A stretch of DNA of 64,000 bases from an uncultured bacterium (lineage in GTDB: Bacteria > Verrucomicrobiota > Verrucomicrobiia > Limisphaerales > UBA8199): assembly GCA_963749495.1 (NCBI GenBank), contig CAVVMW010000002.1, positions 1 to 64,000 on the forward strand, read 5' to 3'. The notes beneath the pieces are model-generated. The model was not told the DNA's origin. It saw nothing but the letters and a program-made list of their open reading frames with translations, and ran no database searches. The first letter of the stretch is position 1. The number at the start of each line of letters is the position of its first letter. A program made the translations under genes and the position numbers. Below are positions 1 through 13,517 of the stretch, in pieces.

Positions 1-26
1 TTAGCCTTTAGCCTTTAGCCTTTCTT

Positions 27-953
27 TTAGCCTTTAGCCTTTTCCTCAGCCCTGGAATAGAGCCAATTGCCCAGAGGCACGACCAGGGCGAAGGTCACCA
101 GGCCCGCCAGCACGTCCACCGCGTAGTGGTAGTGGCAGTAGAGGGTCGAGAGGGTGAGCAGGCAGGCGAGCGTGAAATGGGGGTAGCGCAGCCTCTTCAG
201 GTAGCGGAAGGAGAAATAGACGGTACACCAGGCCACGGCCACATGGCTGCTGGGCAGGGACGACCCCGGCGCCTCGAACACCTGGTAAATCCAGCCCATG
301 AGCCGAAAGAAAATCCCGCCTTTCACCGCCTCGGGATAAGGGGCCGCCGAGGCCAGCCGCCGGACCTCCAGGGGGAGGGTGTAGCCCCCTACGGGACCAA
401 AAAACAGGCGCGGCCCGATGATCGGCACGAAGATGTAAATCAGGTAACAAACGTAGAACAGGAACGAGAGGACCGAGATGTAGTGGAAGAACTGCCGGCG
501 GCTGCGCAGGAACAGGGCGACCCCCATGCCGAGGATCATCAGGTAATACGAGAAATAGGCCGCATAGAACACCTCGCTCACGGCCAGCCATGGCAGCCGC
601 TCCATGAACACCAGGCCGGGCTGGCAGCCGAAGACCGCCTGGTCCCAGCGGACCACCATCGGGTCAAGGTACTCGGCGAAAACCATGCGGTTGAGCCAAC
701 CCGTTTCGCAAAAGAAAAAGATGTAGAGCAGCACCGGGTAGAAGTGCCGGAGAAAGTCCAGCGCCGGGTTTGGCCGGCCGCGCGTGCCGGTTTGCACCAG
801 CCAATGGACCGCCGCCAGGCCCGCCGCGTGCACCCCCAGCAACCACGGCCAGGCCGGCACGGTCTGGTTGTGGAGGAGCAGGATCAGAGCCGCCACTATG
901 ACCATGTAGGCCTGCGTGGCATAGTCAACAAAGGTGTATGCCCGGGTTGGCAT
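27..953 (-). CDS. PAP2/AUR1-like membrane phosphoesterase
   Basis: Multi-TM protein with PSSHVA and H-Y-x-x-D-V-L-A-G motifs; start placed at ATG 953. Confidence 0.8.
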   Translation of the reverse strand: MPTRAYTFVDYATQAYMVIVAALILLLHNQTVPAWPWLLGVHAAGLAAVHWLVQTGTRGRPNPALDFLRHFYPVLLYIFFFCETGWLNRMVFAEYLDPMVVRWDQAVFGCQPGLVFMERLPWLAVSEVFYAAYFSYYLMILGMGVALFLRSRRQFFHYISVLSFLFYVCYLIYIFVPIIGPRLFFGPVGGYTLPLEVRRLASAAPYPEAVKGGIFFRLMGWIYQVFEAPGSSLPSSHVAVAWCTVYFSFRYLKRLRYPHFTLACLLTLSTLYCHYHYAVDVLAGLVTFALVVPLGNWLYSRAEEKAKG

Positions 954-1089
954 GACGTCCGCCCGGACCGCACTCCGTATTCCGTATTCGTCATTCGTCA
1001 TTCGTCATTCCCCTCTGCGTCGGACGGGCCAGACGCGTCCGGCGTGTCCGAGCGCCCCACTCCGCACTCCGCACTCCGCACTCCGCACT

Positions 1090-1779
1090 CTATTGTCCGT
1101 CACCCTGCTCATTGTCCGGCAGGCGCAGTTCGCTCTTGAGGGCGGGCCAGAAGTAAACGGTATAGACCGCGATCGAGATGAGGTTGATGCCCATGCTCAG
1201 GGCTTCCAGGCCCAGGACAAGCCAGCGCGGCAGTTGCAGCGGCCAGGAGCGCGGGGCCTGGAGGTAATAGTAGATGGCGCAGATCGTGGGGAAGGAGATG
1301 ATGGTGCGGGCCTTGCCGGACCAGTTGGCCTTGGCGCTGAGGCGGTGCAGCGCCCCCAGCGAACGCAGGAACGAGACCCACTGGTCCCGCAACAGAAAAA
1401 GGATCGCCAGCACCAGCAGGACCCGCGCGTGGCCGTGCTGGCCGATGTAGTCGGCCAGGTAAACCAGCGTCGGAAACGTGGTCAGGTAAAACACCTTGTC
1501 CACCATCGGGTCGGCATAGCTGCCCAGGCGCGAGGTGACGCCAAATCGCCGGGCGAAGTAGCCATCCAGCGCGTCGCTCACCGCCGACAGGATCATCGCC
1601 GAGAAGGCAACGTCGAACCAGAACTCCGGGACGGGGTGGCGGCACAAGACGCTCACGGCCAAAAAGAGGAAAATCAGCGGCACCCGCACCAGGGTCAACC
1701 CTTGAACGAAGAAGAACTTCATTTCCAACGACGGGTCCAGCCCGTGACGGTTCAGCTTCGAGTTATCGATGTCCCTCAT
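1090..1779 (-). CDS. CDP-alcohol phosphatidyltransferase
   Basis: DALDGYFARR...LGSYADPMVDK family motif. Confidence 0.9.
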   Translation of the reverse strand: MRDIDNSKLNRHGLDPSLEMKFFFVQGLTLVRVPLIFLFLAVSVLCRHPVPEFWFDVAFSAMILSAVSDALDGYFARRFGVTSRLGSYADPMVDKVFYLTTFPTLVYLADYIGQHGHARVLLVLAILFLLRDQWVSFLRSLGALHRLSAKANWSGKARTIISFPTICAIYYYLQAPRSWPLQLPRWLVLGLEALSMGINLISIAVYTVYFWPALKSELRLPDNEQGDGQ

Positions 1780-1916
1780 GGTGTCGCCTGTCGGGTGTCG
1801 AGTGTGGAGAGGCGAGTGTCGAGTGTCGAGTGTCGAGTGTCGAGGGGCGCATCTCACCTTTGTCGGTTATTCGGCCAGACGGACAATTGGAGCGCGGCCC
1901 CAGGAAGCCCGCAAGG

Positions 1917-1994
1917 TTTTGGACTGCGCCAGTCCTCTGGCGCTTTCGCGTCCCCAGGGTCCGAAAAGCGGCAGAGGACTGCCGCAGTCCAAAA
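1917..1994. repeat. REP-like imperfect palindrome
   Basis: ttttggactgcgccagtcctctg...cagaggactgccgcagtccaaaa inverted arms. Confidence 0.7.
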
Positions 1995-2095
1995 GGCTTC
2001 GCGACTGTGGACGCGCACTCCAATCGCCCTGATCGGCCGGGCTGGACGAAGGTGAGATGCGCCCCTTGGATGTCCGATGCCTCGCGAGCTGGGGC

Positions 2096-3136
2096 CTAAT
2101 GCTGGCCTTTTTGGAGGACCGAGCGCACCCAATCCTGGTGGTCGAGGTACCAGCGGACGGTCTCACGGATGCCCTGCTCGAACTTGTGGGCCGGGGACCA
2201 GCCGAGTTCGTTTTTGACCTTGGTGGCATCGATGGCGTAGCGGCGGTCATGGCCGGGGCGGTCCTTGACGAAGGTGATGAGTCGGCGGGAGCCGCCGCCC
2301 AACTGGGGGGCCAGTTCGTCGATCAGGTCGCAAATCACCTCGACAATGCGAAGGTTGGGCCATTCGTTATGGCCGCCCAGGTTATAGGTTTGGCCGTTGC
2401 GCCCCCGGGTCAGCACTAGCCAGAGCGCCTCGGCATGATCGCGCACGTAGAGCCAGTCGCGCACGTTCAGGCCGTCGCCATAGACCGGGACCGGCTGGCG
2501 CGCCAGAACACTCTGGATGACCACCGGGATGAGCTTCTCGGGGAACTGGTAGGGCCCGTAGTTGTTCGAGCAGTTGGTGACCACGGCCGGCAGGCCGTAG
2601 GTGTGATGATAGGCGCGCACCAGAAAGTCGCTGGCGGCCTTGCTGGCCGAATAGGGCGAGTTGGGCGCGTACGGGGTCGTCTCGGCAAAGAAACCGGTCG
2701 GACCCAGACTCCCATAGACCTCGTCGGTCGAGACGTGATGGAAGCGGAAGCTGGAAGCCGGAGGGCGCTGGACGGAGTTCGGATCGAGCCAGAAGGCACG
2801 GCAGGCCTCGAGGAGGTTGAAGGTCCCGACGACGTTCGTGCTGATGAAATCGCCCGGCCCGGTGATCGAGCGGTCCACGTGCGATTCGGCGGCCAGGTGG
2901 AGGACATGAGTGATGGCGTGGCGCTGCACCACCGAGAGCACGGCCGCCTTGTCGCGCAGGTCGGCCTGCTCGAAGGCGTACTTGGGATGCCCCGCCACGC
3001 GGGCCAGGTTCTCCAGGTGGCCGGCGTAAGTCAGGCAGTCCAGGTTGACCAGCTTGGCGACCTCGGGCCGCTCGATGACGTGGTGGATGAGGTTCGAGCC
3101 GATAAAACCGGCGCCCCCGGTGATGAGCAGGTTCAT
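2096..3136 (-). CDS. rfbB: dTDP-glucose 4,6-dehydratase
   Basis: [30 protein letters not shown] motifs. Confidence 0.97.
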   Translation of the reverse strand: MNLLITGGAGFIGSNLIHHVIERPEVAKLVNLDCLTYAGHLENLARVAGHPKYAFEQADLRDKAAVLSVVQRHAITHVLHLAAESHVDRSITGPGDFISTNVVGTFNLLEACRAFWLDPNSVQRPPASSFRFHHVSTDEVYGSLGPTGFFAETTPYAPNSPYSASKAASDFLVRAYHHTYGLPAVVTNCSNNYGPYQFPEKLIPVVIQSVLARQPVPVYGDGLNVRDWLYVRDHAEALWLVLTRGRNGQTYNLGGHNEWPNLRIVEVICDLIDELAPQLGGGSRRLITFVKDRPGHDRRYAIDATKVKNELGWSPAHKFEQGIRETVRWYLDHQDWVRSVLQKGQH

Positions 3137-3185
3137 GTTGGCCGCACCCCTTCTCCTGGCCGTTTGATTATTGGTGGCATGTGCC

Positions 3186-4070
3186 TCATGCTCCGCTCTC
3201 GGCCGCCATGTCCAGCCCCTGCTCCCACGGCGGCAGGCGCAGGCCAAACGCGCGCTGCAGCTTGTCGCACGACATCACCGAGTAAGGCGGGCGCCGGGCC
3301 GGCGTCGGATACTCCGGCGTGGAGATGGCCTCGACCTGCTCGCATTTCCTGGCGCCGGCGGGCAGAAGCTGGATGATTCGCTGGGCGAAGCCGTGCCAAC
3401 TGGTGACGCCCGAGGCGGCCATGTGGTAGAGGCCCGCGCGGGCCAGGGGCTCGCCCTCGGCCAGGACCTGTCTCAGGGCCAGGGCGGTGGCTTGGGCTAT
3501 CCAGCGGCACCAGGTGGGGGCGCCCAGTTGGTCGCTGACCACGCGCAACTTCGGGCGCTCGCCGGCCAGGCGCATGATGGTGCGCATGAAATTCTGTCCC
3601 CGGGCGCCATAGACCCAGCAAAGGCGGAAGATCAGGTGCGCCCCGCCCACGGCCTGAACGGCCTGGTCCCCGGCCAGCTTGGACCGGCCATAGACGCTCA
3701 ACGGGTTGGGGGCATCGCTCTCGACGTACGGTTGTCCCTTGGCCCCGTCGAAGACGTAATCGGTCGAGTAATGGACCAGCAGGGCGCCCGCGCGCCGGGC
3801 CTCCTCAGCCAGGATGCCGGGGGCGGCGCCGTTGATGCGCTGGGCCCGCTCCGGGTCGCTCTCGGCCTTGTCCACCGCCGTGTAGGCGGCGGCGTTGATG
3901 ACGGCCGCCGGCCGTGTGTCGCGCACCCAGCGGCGCAGCGAATCGCCGCTGGCCAGATCGATCTCGGGAAAATCGACACACACCGCTTGCGCCATCACCG
4001 CCAGGGCGCGCTGGAGTTCCCAGCCGACCTGGCCGTTGTTGCCGATGAGCAGGATGCGAGGAAGCTCCAT
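3186..4070 (-). CDS. rfbD: dTDP-4-dehydrorhamnose reductase
   Basis: [32 protein letters not shown] motifs. Confidence 0.96.
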   Translation of the reverse strand: MELPRILLIGNNGQVGWELQRALAVMAQAVCVDFPEIDLASGDSLRRWVRDTRPAAVINAAAYTAVDKAESDPERAQRINGAAPGILAEEARRAGALLVHYSTDYVFDGAKGQPYVESDAPNPLSVYGRSKLAGDQAVQAVGGAHLIFRLCWVYGARGQNFMRTIMRLAGERPKLRVVSDQLGAPTWCRWIAQATALALRQVLAEGEPLARAGLYHMAASGVTSWHGFAQRIIQLLPAGARKCEQVEAISTPEYPTPARRPPYSVMSCDKLQRAFGLRLPPWEQGLDMAAESGA

Positions 4071-4078
4071 GTCAGGGG

Positions 4079-4630
4079 TCAGGCAAAGAGCTGGTCCGGC
4101 GGCAGGTCGCGCAGGCGCGGCGCCTTGGCGTCTCGTTCCGAGAGGACCGGCTCCTGGAGCGGCCACTGGATGGCGATGTCCGGGTCGTCCCAGCGGATGC
4201 CCCGTTCGTCTTTGGGCGAATAGAGGGCGGAGCATTTGTAGCAGAACAGGGCGGTCTCGCTCAGGACGGCGAAGCCGTGGGCGAATCCGGGAGGGAGATA
4301 GAACTGGCGGTGGTTTTCGCTGGAGAGCACCAGGCCGTGCCAGCGGCCGAAGGTAGGGGAACTGCGGCGGAGGTCCACGCCCACATCGAAGACCGCGCCC
4401 TGGAGGACCTGCAGGAGCTTGGCCTGGGGGTTGGGATTCTGAAAGTGCAGCCCGCGCAGGGTGCCGCGCCTGGACAGCGAGACATTGTCCTGCACGAAGC
4501 CGGCCTCCATCCCGTGCTGGGAGTAGCGCGCCTGGTGCCAGGTCTCCATGAAAAAACCCCGCGCATCGCCCAAGACCTTGGGTTCGATGATCAGCGGCCC
4601 CTGCAGTTCACATTTCAGAATGTTCATCAT
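4079..4630 (-). CDS. rfbC: dTDP-4-dehydrorhamnose 3,5-epimerase
   Basis: DARGFFME, RGLHFQ, PPGFAHGF motifs. Confidence 0.96.
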   Translation of the reverse strand: MMNILKCELQGPLIIEPKVLGDARGFFMETWHQARYSQHGMEAGFVQDNVSLSRRGTLRGLHFQNPNPQAKLLQVLQGAVFDVGVDLRRSSPTFGRWHGLVLSSENHRQFYLPPGFAHGFAVLSETALFCYKCSALYSPKDERGIRWDDPDIAIQWPLQEPVLSERDAKAPRLRDLPPDQLFA

Positions 4631-4658
4631 TGAGCTAGCCGATGCGGCCGTCCTGGTT

Positions 4659-5540
4659 TCACTCCAACTGGCGGGCCTCGGCGGCCACTTGCGCCAGGTA
4701 CTCGCGATACTCGCACTTGGGCATCCTGGCCGCCAGCGCCTCCAGCCCGTCCAGGGGCAGGAACCCGCGGCGAAAGGCGGCCTCTTCCGGGCAGCCGATC
4801 TTGATGCCGGTCCGCTTCTCGATGGTCTGCACGTAGGCCGAGGCCTCGTGCAGGCTGCTGCTGGTGCCCGCGTCCAGCCACGCAAATCCCCGGCTCAACC
4901 GAAAAACCCGCAGTTGCCCGCGCCGCAAATACTCCAGGTTCACGTCCGTGATTTCCAACTCGCCGCGCGCCGAGGGTTTGAGATTGCGCGCAATCTCGAT
5001 GATCTGGTTGTCATAGACATAGAGGCCGGGCACCGCGTAGTTGCTCTTGGGCTGCCTGGGTTTCTCCTCGATCGGAATCGCCCGGCCATCGCGGTCGAAC
5101 TCGACAACGCCGTAACGCTCCGGGTCGTTGACGTGGTAACCGAAGACAGTCGCCCCGTGGGCCTGCTTGGACTCGGAGAGGGCCTTGAAAAAGCTCTCGC
5201 CGCCGTAGAAAACGTTGTCGCCCAGGATGAGAGTCACGGCATCCTCGCCGATGAACGATTGGGCAATCCGGAAGGCCTGGGCGATGCCCTCCGGCCGGGG
5301 CTGTTCGCGGTATTGGATCTCCAGGCCCCAGGCCCGGCCGTCGCCCAGCAATTGCCGGAAACGAGGGATGTCCTCCGGCGTCGAGATCAGGCAGAACTCC
5401 CGGATGCCCCCTTCGATGAGCGTGGTCAAAGGGTAATAGACCATCGGCTTGTCATAGACCGGCTGGAGCTGTTTGCTCGCCACCAGCGTCAGGGGAAACA
5501 GCCGCGAGCCTGCGCCCCCTGCCAAAATAATGCCTTTCAT
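4659..5540 (-). CDS. rfbA: glucose-1-phosphate thymidylyltransferase
   Basis: GIILAGGAGSRLFP, SKQLQPVYDKPM, SARGELEITD. Confidence 0.97.
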   Translation of the reverse strand: MKGIILAGGAGSRLFPLTLVASKQLQPVYDKPMVYYPLTTLIEGGIREFCLISTPEDIPRFRQLLGDGRAWGLEIQYREQPRPEGIAQAFRIAQSFIGEDAVTLILGDNVFYGGESFFKALSESKQAHGATVFGYHVNDPERYGVVEFDRDGRAIPIEEKPRQPKSNYAVPGLYVYDNQIIEIARNLKPSARGELEITDVNLEYLRRGQLRVFRLSRGFAWLDAGTSSSLHEASAYVQTIEKRTGIKIGCPEEAAFRRGFLPLDGLEALAARMPKCEYREYLAQVAAEARQLE

Positions 5541-5648
5541 GAGATAGCAAGGATAGAGTATCCCCGCCAGATTGCAATAAGACTCACGGCCACCGCCGCC
5601 ATTCTGAGGGCTTGCTTCGGGGCCTCGGCGGGACTAGGTTTTTTGCAA

Positions 5649-6194
5649 ATGGCATCCGTGCTCGACACTGCGGAACTGGTAGATTCCGGGGATCAAACGG
5701 CCTTCAACCTTGCGGCGTGGGAGAAGGTGCTGGCCGATTCTTTTCTTGCCGGGCTGCCATACCGCGTCGAGACCGATCGCTACGGACAAATCATCATGTC
5801 ACCCCCGCCAGCTCCCGAACATGGCAAAGATCAGTTTGGCGTCGGCAAACGCCTGGATCAGCTCTTGCCTGCCGGTCAGATCATCACCGAGTGCCCGGTT
5901 TCGACCGCCGAAGGCGTCAAGCTGGTCAATGTCGCCTGGATGTCCGAGGGGCGGTGGCAGGCTCAGCGTGGACAGGTTTGCTTTGCTCAGGCGCCGGAGA
6001 TCTGCGTCGAAATCCTCTCTCCCGGCAATACGCGACGCGAGATGATCGAGAAGAAGCGGCTTTATTTTGCCGCAGGCGCGGAGGAGGTCTGGTTCTGGCA
6101 TCGCGATGGCCCAATGGAGTTTTTCCGAAAGGAGGCCCCGGAAGCGCCGGTGGCTTCCGCGCTGTGTCCCGGTTTCCCGCAGCGCATCGCTTAG
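5649..6194 (+). CDS. Uma2 family putative restriction-type endonuclease
   Basis: GQIIMSPP, APEICVEILSPGN, GAEEVW motifs. Confidence 0.85.
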   Translation: MASVLDTAELVDSGDQTAFNLAAWEKVLADSFLAGLPYRVETDRYGQIIMSPPPAPEHGKDQFGVGKRLDQLLPAGQIITECPVSTAEGVKLVNVAWMSEGRWQAQRGQVCFAQAPEICVEILSPGNTRREMIEKKRLYFAAGAEEVWFWHRDGPMEFFRKEAPEAPVASALCPGFPQRIA

Positions 6195-6254
6195 AGGCCC
6201 CCTACCCTCCAACGCCGGCTTGAATGCGGGGCGGCATTTCATTATCTGTGCAGA

Positions 6255-7187
6255 GTGCCTGCCAAAGTCATTGCCGTTGCCAATCAAAAAGGCGGAGTGG
6301 GCAAAACGACCACCGCCGTCAACCTCTCCGCCTGCATAGCCGCCGTGGGCCGCCGGGTGCTCCTGTTCGATCTGGACCCCCAGGCCAATGCCACCAGCGG
6401 CCTGGGCCTGGAGAAAGTCGAGGGCGCCAGCGCCTACCGCGTCTTGCTGGGCGAGGGCGGCCTCGTGGACAAAATCCGGGCTACCGCCTTCGAACGGCTC
6501 GAAGTCATTCCCGGCGAAGTCAACCTGTGCGGCGTGGATGTCGAGTTGGCGCGGGCGGAAAACCACCTCCAGCGAGTGACCCGCTCCTTGCAGCCCGTGC
6601 TCGAATCCGGGCGCTTCGATGTGCTCTTCATCGACTGCCCCCCCTCGCTCGGCATCCTGACCCTCAACGCCTTTGTCGCTGCCGACAGCGTCCTGGTCCC
6701 TCTCCAATGCGAATATTACGCCCTGGAGGGGATCTCGATGCTCAACCGCGTGATGGCCCAGTTGCACGATAGCGGCGTCAACCCGCGCCTCCAACTGCTG
6801 GGTGTTGTCATGACCATGTTCGACGGCCGCACCCGGCTCTCCCAGCAGGTCGTCGGCGAGGTCCGCCAGCACTTTGGCGACAAGGTCTTCGAGACCCTCA
6901 TCCCCCGCGCCACCCGCCTGGCCGAAGCCCCCAGCTTCGGCAAACCGATCATCCACTACGACAAATACAACGCCGGCGCCGCCGCTTACGAACTCCTGGC
7001 CCAGGAGGTCCTGGCCCGGATCGAATCGGGGGGCCTGAGCGACCTCCGGACCTTTGTCGCAGCCTTTGTCGCGGCCTTTGTCGAAAACGGCCGAACCGAC
7101 AAAGGTTTCGACAAAGGTTTCGACAAAGCTCCCGGAACCCCTCTTGTCAGTACACATCTCGCAGGTACCGCCGTTCGGTCTTCATGA
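6255..7187 (+). CDS. parA: ParA/Soj family ATPase; C-terminus extended through a palindromic repeat
   Basis: NQKGGVGKTT, DLDPQAN, IDCPPSLG, QCEYYALEG, LAEAPSFG. Confidence 0.93.
   Translation: MPAKVIAVANQKGGVGKTTTAVNLSACIAAVGRRVLLFDLDPQANATSGLGLEKVEGASAYRVLLGEGGLVDKIRATAFERLEVIPGEVNLCGVDVELARAENHLQRVTRSLQPVLESGRFDVLFIDCPPSLGILTLNAFVAADSVLVPLQCEYYALEGISMLNRVMAQLHDSGVNPRLQLLGVVMTMFDGRTRLSQQVVGEVRQHFGDKVFETLIPRATRLAEAPSFGKPIIHYDKYNAGAAAYELLAQEVLARIESGGLSDLRTFVAAFVAAFVENGRTDKGFDKGFDKAPGTPLVSTHLAGTAVRSS
7052..7128. repeat. 12-mer-unit palindromic element, copy 1 of 3
   Basis: (ctttgtcgcngc)x3 ... (cgacaaagg)x3; similar copies at 52163-52239 and 57720-57797. Confidence 0.85.
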
Positions 7188-7935
7188 GCGTGAGGTTCAC
7201 ATAGTCGGCGGCGGCGGCGGGGGCCAGGCCGCCTTGTTCCTGGGCGATTTGGATGAGGGCCTGGTGCAGGTCTTTGGCCATGTGCTTGGCGTTGCCGCAG
7301 ACGTAGAAGTAAGCGCCGTTCTGGAGCCAGTCCCACAGGTCGCGGGCGTGTTCGAGCATGCGGTGCTGCACATAGACCTTGTGCGGTTGATCGCGGGAAA
7401 AGGCAAGATCCAGCCGGTGCAGTTGGCCCTGCCGGTGCCAGGCCAGCAGTTCCTCCCCGTAGAGGAAATCCGTGGCCCGGTGCTGTTCCCCGAAGAAGAG
7501 CCAGTTGCGGCCCTGCGCCCCCTGGGCGATGCGATGCTCGATAAAGGCGCGAAACGGCGCAATGCCCGCCCCCGGGCCGCACATGACGATGTTTCGAGCC
7601 CCGTCCTTGGGGAGGCGGAACGTCCGGGACGGCTGGACGTACACGGGAATGTTCTTCAGGAACAGGCCGCAATGGTCGGCCAGGAAGCCGGAGGCCAGCC
7701 CCTTCTTGGGCCGGCCGTGGGTGTCATAGCGGACCACGGCCACGCAAAGGTGCACCTCGCCCGGGTGGGCCAGGGGCGAGGAGGCTATCGAGTAGAGCCG
7801 CGGCGCCACAGGAGTCAGTTGCGCCACAAACGCCGCCGGCGACTCGAACCTGGCCTGGTCGAACTCCCTGAGGATGTCCACATAATCGCGGGTATCGATG
7901 TATTCGGAAAGCAGGTCGCTGTTCTTCAGATTCAG
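7147..7935 (-). pseudogene. 5'-truncated sulfite reductase flavoprotein (CysJ-like FAD/NAD domains only)
   Basis: PRLYSIASS, GIAPFR, LFFGEQ, AFSRDQ, RYLRDVY; the frame hits an upstream stop with no N-terminal domain. Confidence 0.75.
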
Positions 7936-7991
7936 ATATGCTTTCCATGATAATCAGGTTTACTATTCGCCCGGGAACGAGCGAAAATCAA

Positions 7992-8846
7992 ATGGCAGAG
8001 ATGACAAACGCCGCGCTGGTCTTGCTGGGGCACGGGACGGCTGCGAACGCCGGGTCGAGCGCGCCCGTCTTTCAGCACGCGGCGGAGTTGCGGAGCCGGG
8101 GGTGGTTTGGGTCGGTGCGCGAGGCCTTCTGGAAACAGGCGCCCCGCCTGGAGCAGGTCCTGGCCGGCATCGAGGCGGCGCGCGTGTTCGTCGTCCCGAT
8201 CTTCGCCAGCGAGGGGTACTTCTCCGAACGGGTGATTCCCGGCGCGCTGGGTTTGAGGCGGCGGGGCCAAGGCGCCTTTAGCCGTGTGCGGCAAACGGGA
8301 CCGCAGACGCTCTTCTATTGCAAACCGGTGGGCACCCACCAGAGCATGACCGGCGTGGTCCTGGCCCGTGCCCGCGAGGTGGCCGCCGGGTTTCCCGTTG
8401 CCCGAGCGCCGGTCCCGGCGGACACCACGCTCTTCGTGGCCGGGCACGGGACCGGGCGCGACCCCAATTCACGCCAGGCCGTCGAGCGCCAGGCCCGCTT
8501 GATTGGCGGCATGGGCCTTTACGACGAGGTCCGCGCGGTGTTCCTCGATGAGGAGCCGCGCATTGGCGGTTGCTGGAAGCTGGCGCGGACCCGGCACGTC
8601 ATTGTGGTTCCCTTCTTCATCAGTGAGGGTCTGCACGTTGCGGAAGACCTCCCGGTGCTCCTGGGCGAGAGCGGCCAGGCCGTGCGGCGCCGCTTGCGCC
8701 AGGGCCGGCCCACCTGGCCCAATCCCGGCGAGCGCGACGGCAAGCAGGTCTGGCTCACGCCCAGCGTCGGCACCGAGCCGCGCCTGGCGGAGGTGATCGT
8801 GGAGCGCGTGAGAGAGGCGGCGCGGGAAGTGTCGAATGACGAATGA
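7992..8846 (+). CDS. CbiX/SirB family chelatase
   Basis: Two GHG motifs, VVPIFASEGY and VVPFFISEGLH. Confidence 0.88.
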   Translation: MAEMTNAALVLLGHGTAANAGSSAPVFQHAAELRSRGWFGSVREAFWKQAPRLEQVLAGIEAARVFVVPIFASEGYFSERVIPGALGLRRRGQGAFSRVRQTGPQTLFYCKPVGTHQSMTGVVLARAREVAAGFPVARAPVPADTTLFVAGHGTGRDPNSRQAVERQARLIGGMGLYDEVRAVFLDEEPRIGGCWKLARTRHVIVVPFFISEGLHVAEDLPVLLGESGQAVRRRLRQGRPTWPNPGERDGKQVWLTPSVGTEPRLAEVIVERVREAAREVSNDE

Positions 8847-8958
8847 CGAATGACGAATGACGAATGGGTGGGAACAGGGGGAACATCGAGCGGCTCCTCC
8901 TGTGCGTGAAACATGGAACGTGAAACGTGAATCAACTTCCTGTATCACGTTTCACGTT

Positions 8959-10110
8959 TCACGTCGCGCGTTGGGCCAGGCGCAAACCCCACTCGCGCGC
9001 CTCGGGCGCGCCGTGCAAGGCTGCCTGGATGAGCAGGTAATCGCTGATAGTCTGGCCCGCCAGGATTCCCAATAACCGCCCGTCCCTGGCGACGACCAGG
9101 TCCCGCGCGGGCGCGGCCCACAGCCGCGGCAGCACCGTCTCGAGCGGCTCCTCTGGAGACACCGACGGGAACTGGCGTTCCATGGCCTGGCCCACGGGGC
9201 TTTCCTGGCCGCCCTGGGCCAGCCCGTCGATCAGCGCCCGGCGTGTGAGCAGGCCCGCCAGGCGCCCGTCCTCGACTACCGGGAATTCGCGCTGCCAGCC
9301 GCCCAGCAGGCGCTGGGCCGCCTGACGCAACGGCTCGCGCGGCGACAGGGCCTGAACATCGGTGATCATGAGCTGGGCCGCGGTAATGCCGCCCAAAGCC
9401 GATTTCAACCGCACCAGGCCCGCCTCCTGGCCGGCCGCGACCCAGATAAACAGCCCGATGAGCAAGAGGAACGGATTGGAGAAGGGACCCAGCACGCCCA
9501 GAATCGAGCCCAGTCCGGCCAGGCCGAGCAGCACGGCTATGAATTGGCCGATGCGGGCGGCAATAGTAGTGGCGCGGACGTAATTCAAGCGCGTGGCCAG
9601 CAAAGCCCGCAGCACTCGCCCGCCATCGAGCGGAAAGGCGGGCAGCAGGTTGAACAAGGCCAGGCCCACGTTCACCCACATCAGGGCGGCCAGGAAATGG
9701 CCGCCCATCGCCAGGGCCTGGGCCGGCGCGGCAAGCTGCCGCGCACCCCGAAGGAGGACGTAGAGAATGAGGGCCAGGGCCACATTGACCGCCGGCCCCG
9801 CCAGCGCCACCAGCAGTTCCTGCACCGGCGCCTCCGGCAGCCGCTCCAGCCGCGCCACGCCCCCGATCGGCAGCAGCGTGATGTCCCGCGTGCCGATGCC
9901 GAACCGGCGCGCCGTCAGCGCGTGCCCCAACTCGTGCAGCACCACGATGCCAAAAAGCATGAGGATGAAACCCAGCCCCTCGAACACGTCGCCCCATTGC
10001 CCCCGGTCCGAAAAGGCCTCAAGCCCTACCCACGCCAGCAGCAGCACAAACGTGACGTGGACATAAACGCCAATCCCCGCCACCCGGCCAATCTTCCATG
10101 ACCATCGCAT
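8959..10110 (-). CDS. Site-2 (M50) metalloprotease with CBS domains
   Basis: HELGH, FNLLPAFPLDGGR, C-terminal CBS pair. Confidence 0.93.
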   Translation of the reverse strand: MRWSWKIGRVAGIGVYVHVTFVLLLAWVGLEAFSDRGQWGDVFEGLGFILMLFGIVVLHELGHALTARRFGIGTRDITLLPIGGVARLERLPEAPVQELLVALAGPAVNVALALILYVLLRGARQLAAPAQALAMGGHFLAALMWVNVGLALFNLLPAFPLDGGRVLRALLATRLNYVRATTIAARIGQFIAVLLGLAGLGSILGVLGPFSNPFLLLIGLFIWVAAGQEAGLVRLKSALGGITAAQLMITDVQALSPREPLRQAAQRLLGGWQREFPVVEDGRLAGLLTRRALIDGLAQGGQESPVGQAMERQFPSVSPEEPLETVLPRLWAAPARDLVVARDGRLLGILAGQTISDYLLIQAALHGAPEAREWGLRLAQRAT

Positions 10111-10194
10111 AATGACGACTTTCTCCTGCCTCAACCTCGCATAAAGTCAAACATAAGCAACGCTGACCGCCAGGAACTGTTCAGTTGGGCACGC

Positions 10195-10308
10195 GTGGGG
10201 CAGACCTCCGGTCTGCCGGTTGCAGGGGCCTCTGGCCCCGAGCCTCGCAACTGCAGGCGACACGGAGCCGGAGGCTCCGTGCACCGGCAGACCAGAGGTC
10301 TGCCCCAC
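10195..10308. repeat. REP-like palindrome
   Basis: gtggggcagacctccggtctgccggt...accggcagaccagaggtctgccccac. Confidence 0.75.
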
Positions 10309-10340
10309 AACTGAAGAGTTACGACCGCGAGGAAGGAGAT

Positions 10341-12393
<2,053 letters not shown>

Positions 12394-12486
12394 ATCGCTT
12401 ATATCCTAAGCCGGAGCCCGCGGAGGGTCAAGGGCGGGGACCGCCTGGGACCTCTAAACGCGTCGGGCACGCGCCTGGGGAGTTCT

Positions 12487-12674
12487 GTCCCGGAGGGACA
12501 TCTGACAATAGCCCGGCGTTTCAACGCCGGGGAGGCCGCAGGATGGACCCTCGTCCCGAAGGGACGATTGAGAACGTGCCTTCCTTTCAGCCGTCCCTTC
12601 GGGACGCACCTGCTCCTTGGGTCCGCTCACCCGGCGTTGAAACGCCGGGCTATTGTCGGAAGCCCCTGCGGGGC
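12487..12674. repeat. REP/MITE-like nested palindrome
   Basis: gacaatagcccggcgtttcaacgccggg and its reverse complement, with an internal cgtcccgaagggacg/cgtcccttcgggacg pair. Confidence 0.75.
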
Positions 12675-12800
12675 AAAAAGGCGCTGTGGGCTGACCGACA
12701 GTTTCAGTTGCACCCGGGAGCGGCGGGGCCATATCGGATCTCATCCCCCCCTGCCTTTCCGGGGTTGCCAGAGGGTCCGGGCCCTGGTATTCCCGAGGGC

Positions 12801-13517
12801 ATGAAACCAAGTGCGATGTTGAAGTGGATTGTGAGTTCGATCTCGATGGGCTGCGTCGCGGCGAGCGCGCTGGCCCAACCGGAGCCTCCCGTCATTGAGC
12901 CTGGGCCGCCGCCCTCGGATGCGGTGGTGCTCTTCGACGGCGAGGATTTGTCCCAATGGCGGGGCGAGAACGGCGGTCCGGCCCGGTGGGAGGTCCGGGA
13001 CGGGGCGATGGTGGTCAATGGGACGGGCGGGTTGGCGACGAGGCGGGAGTTTGGGGATTGCCAGCTTCACCTGGAATGGGCCACGCCCGCCCAGGTGAGC
13101 GGCGAGGGGCAGGGGCGCGGCAACAGCGGTGTCTTCCTCTCGGGACGCTACGAAATCCAGATCCTGGATTCGTATCAAAACAAGACCTATTACAATGGCC
13201 AGGCCGCCGCCGTTTACAGCCAATACGCCCCCCTGGTCAATGCCTCGCGCAGGCCGGGCCAATGGCAGACCTACGACATCATCTATCATCCGCCGAGGTT
13301 CGACGAGAAGGGGGCGTTGCTCAAACCGGGCACCGTCACGCTGCTGCACAACGGCGTGCTCGTCCAGGACCATGTCCAGATCAAGGGCTCGACCGCCATG
13401 GAGGCCCCCCACAAGTACTCCGCCCATCCCCTCAAGCAGGCCCTGTCCTTGCAGGACCACGGCAACCCGGTCCGGTTCCGCAATATCTGGATTCGCGAGC
13501 TTCCAATGCCTCAGTGA
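12801..13517 (+). CDS. DUF1080 (3-keto-disaccharide hydrolase-like) secreted protein
   Basis: [39 protein letters not shown]. Confidence 0.9.
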   Translation: MKPSAMLKWIVSSISMGCVAASALAQPEPPVIEPGPPPSDAVVLFDGEDLSQWRGENGGPARWEVRDGAMVVNGTGGLATRREFGDCQLHLEWATPAQVSGEGQGRGNSGVFLSGRYEIQILDSYQNKTYYNGQAAAVYSQYAPLVNASRRPGQWQTYDIIYHPPRFDEKGALLKPGTVTLLHNGVLVQDHVQIKGSTAMEAPHKYSAHPLKQALSLQDHGNPVRFRNIWIRELPMPQ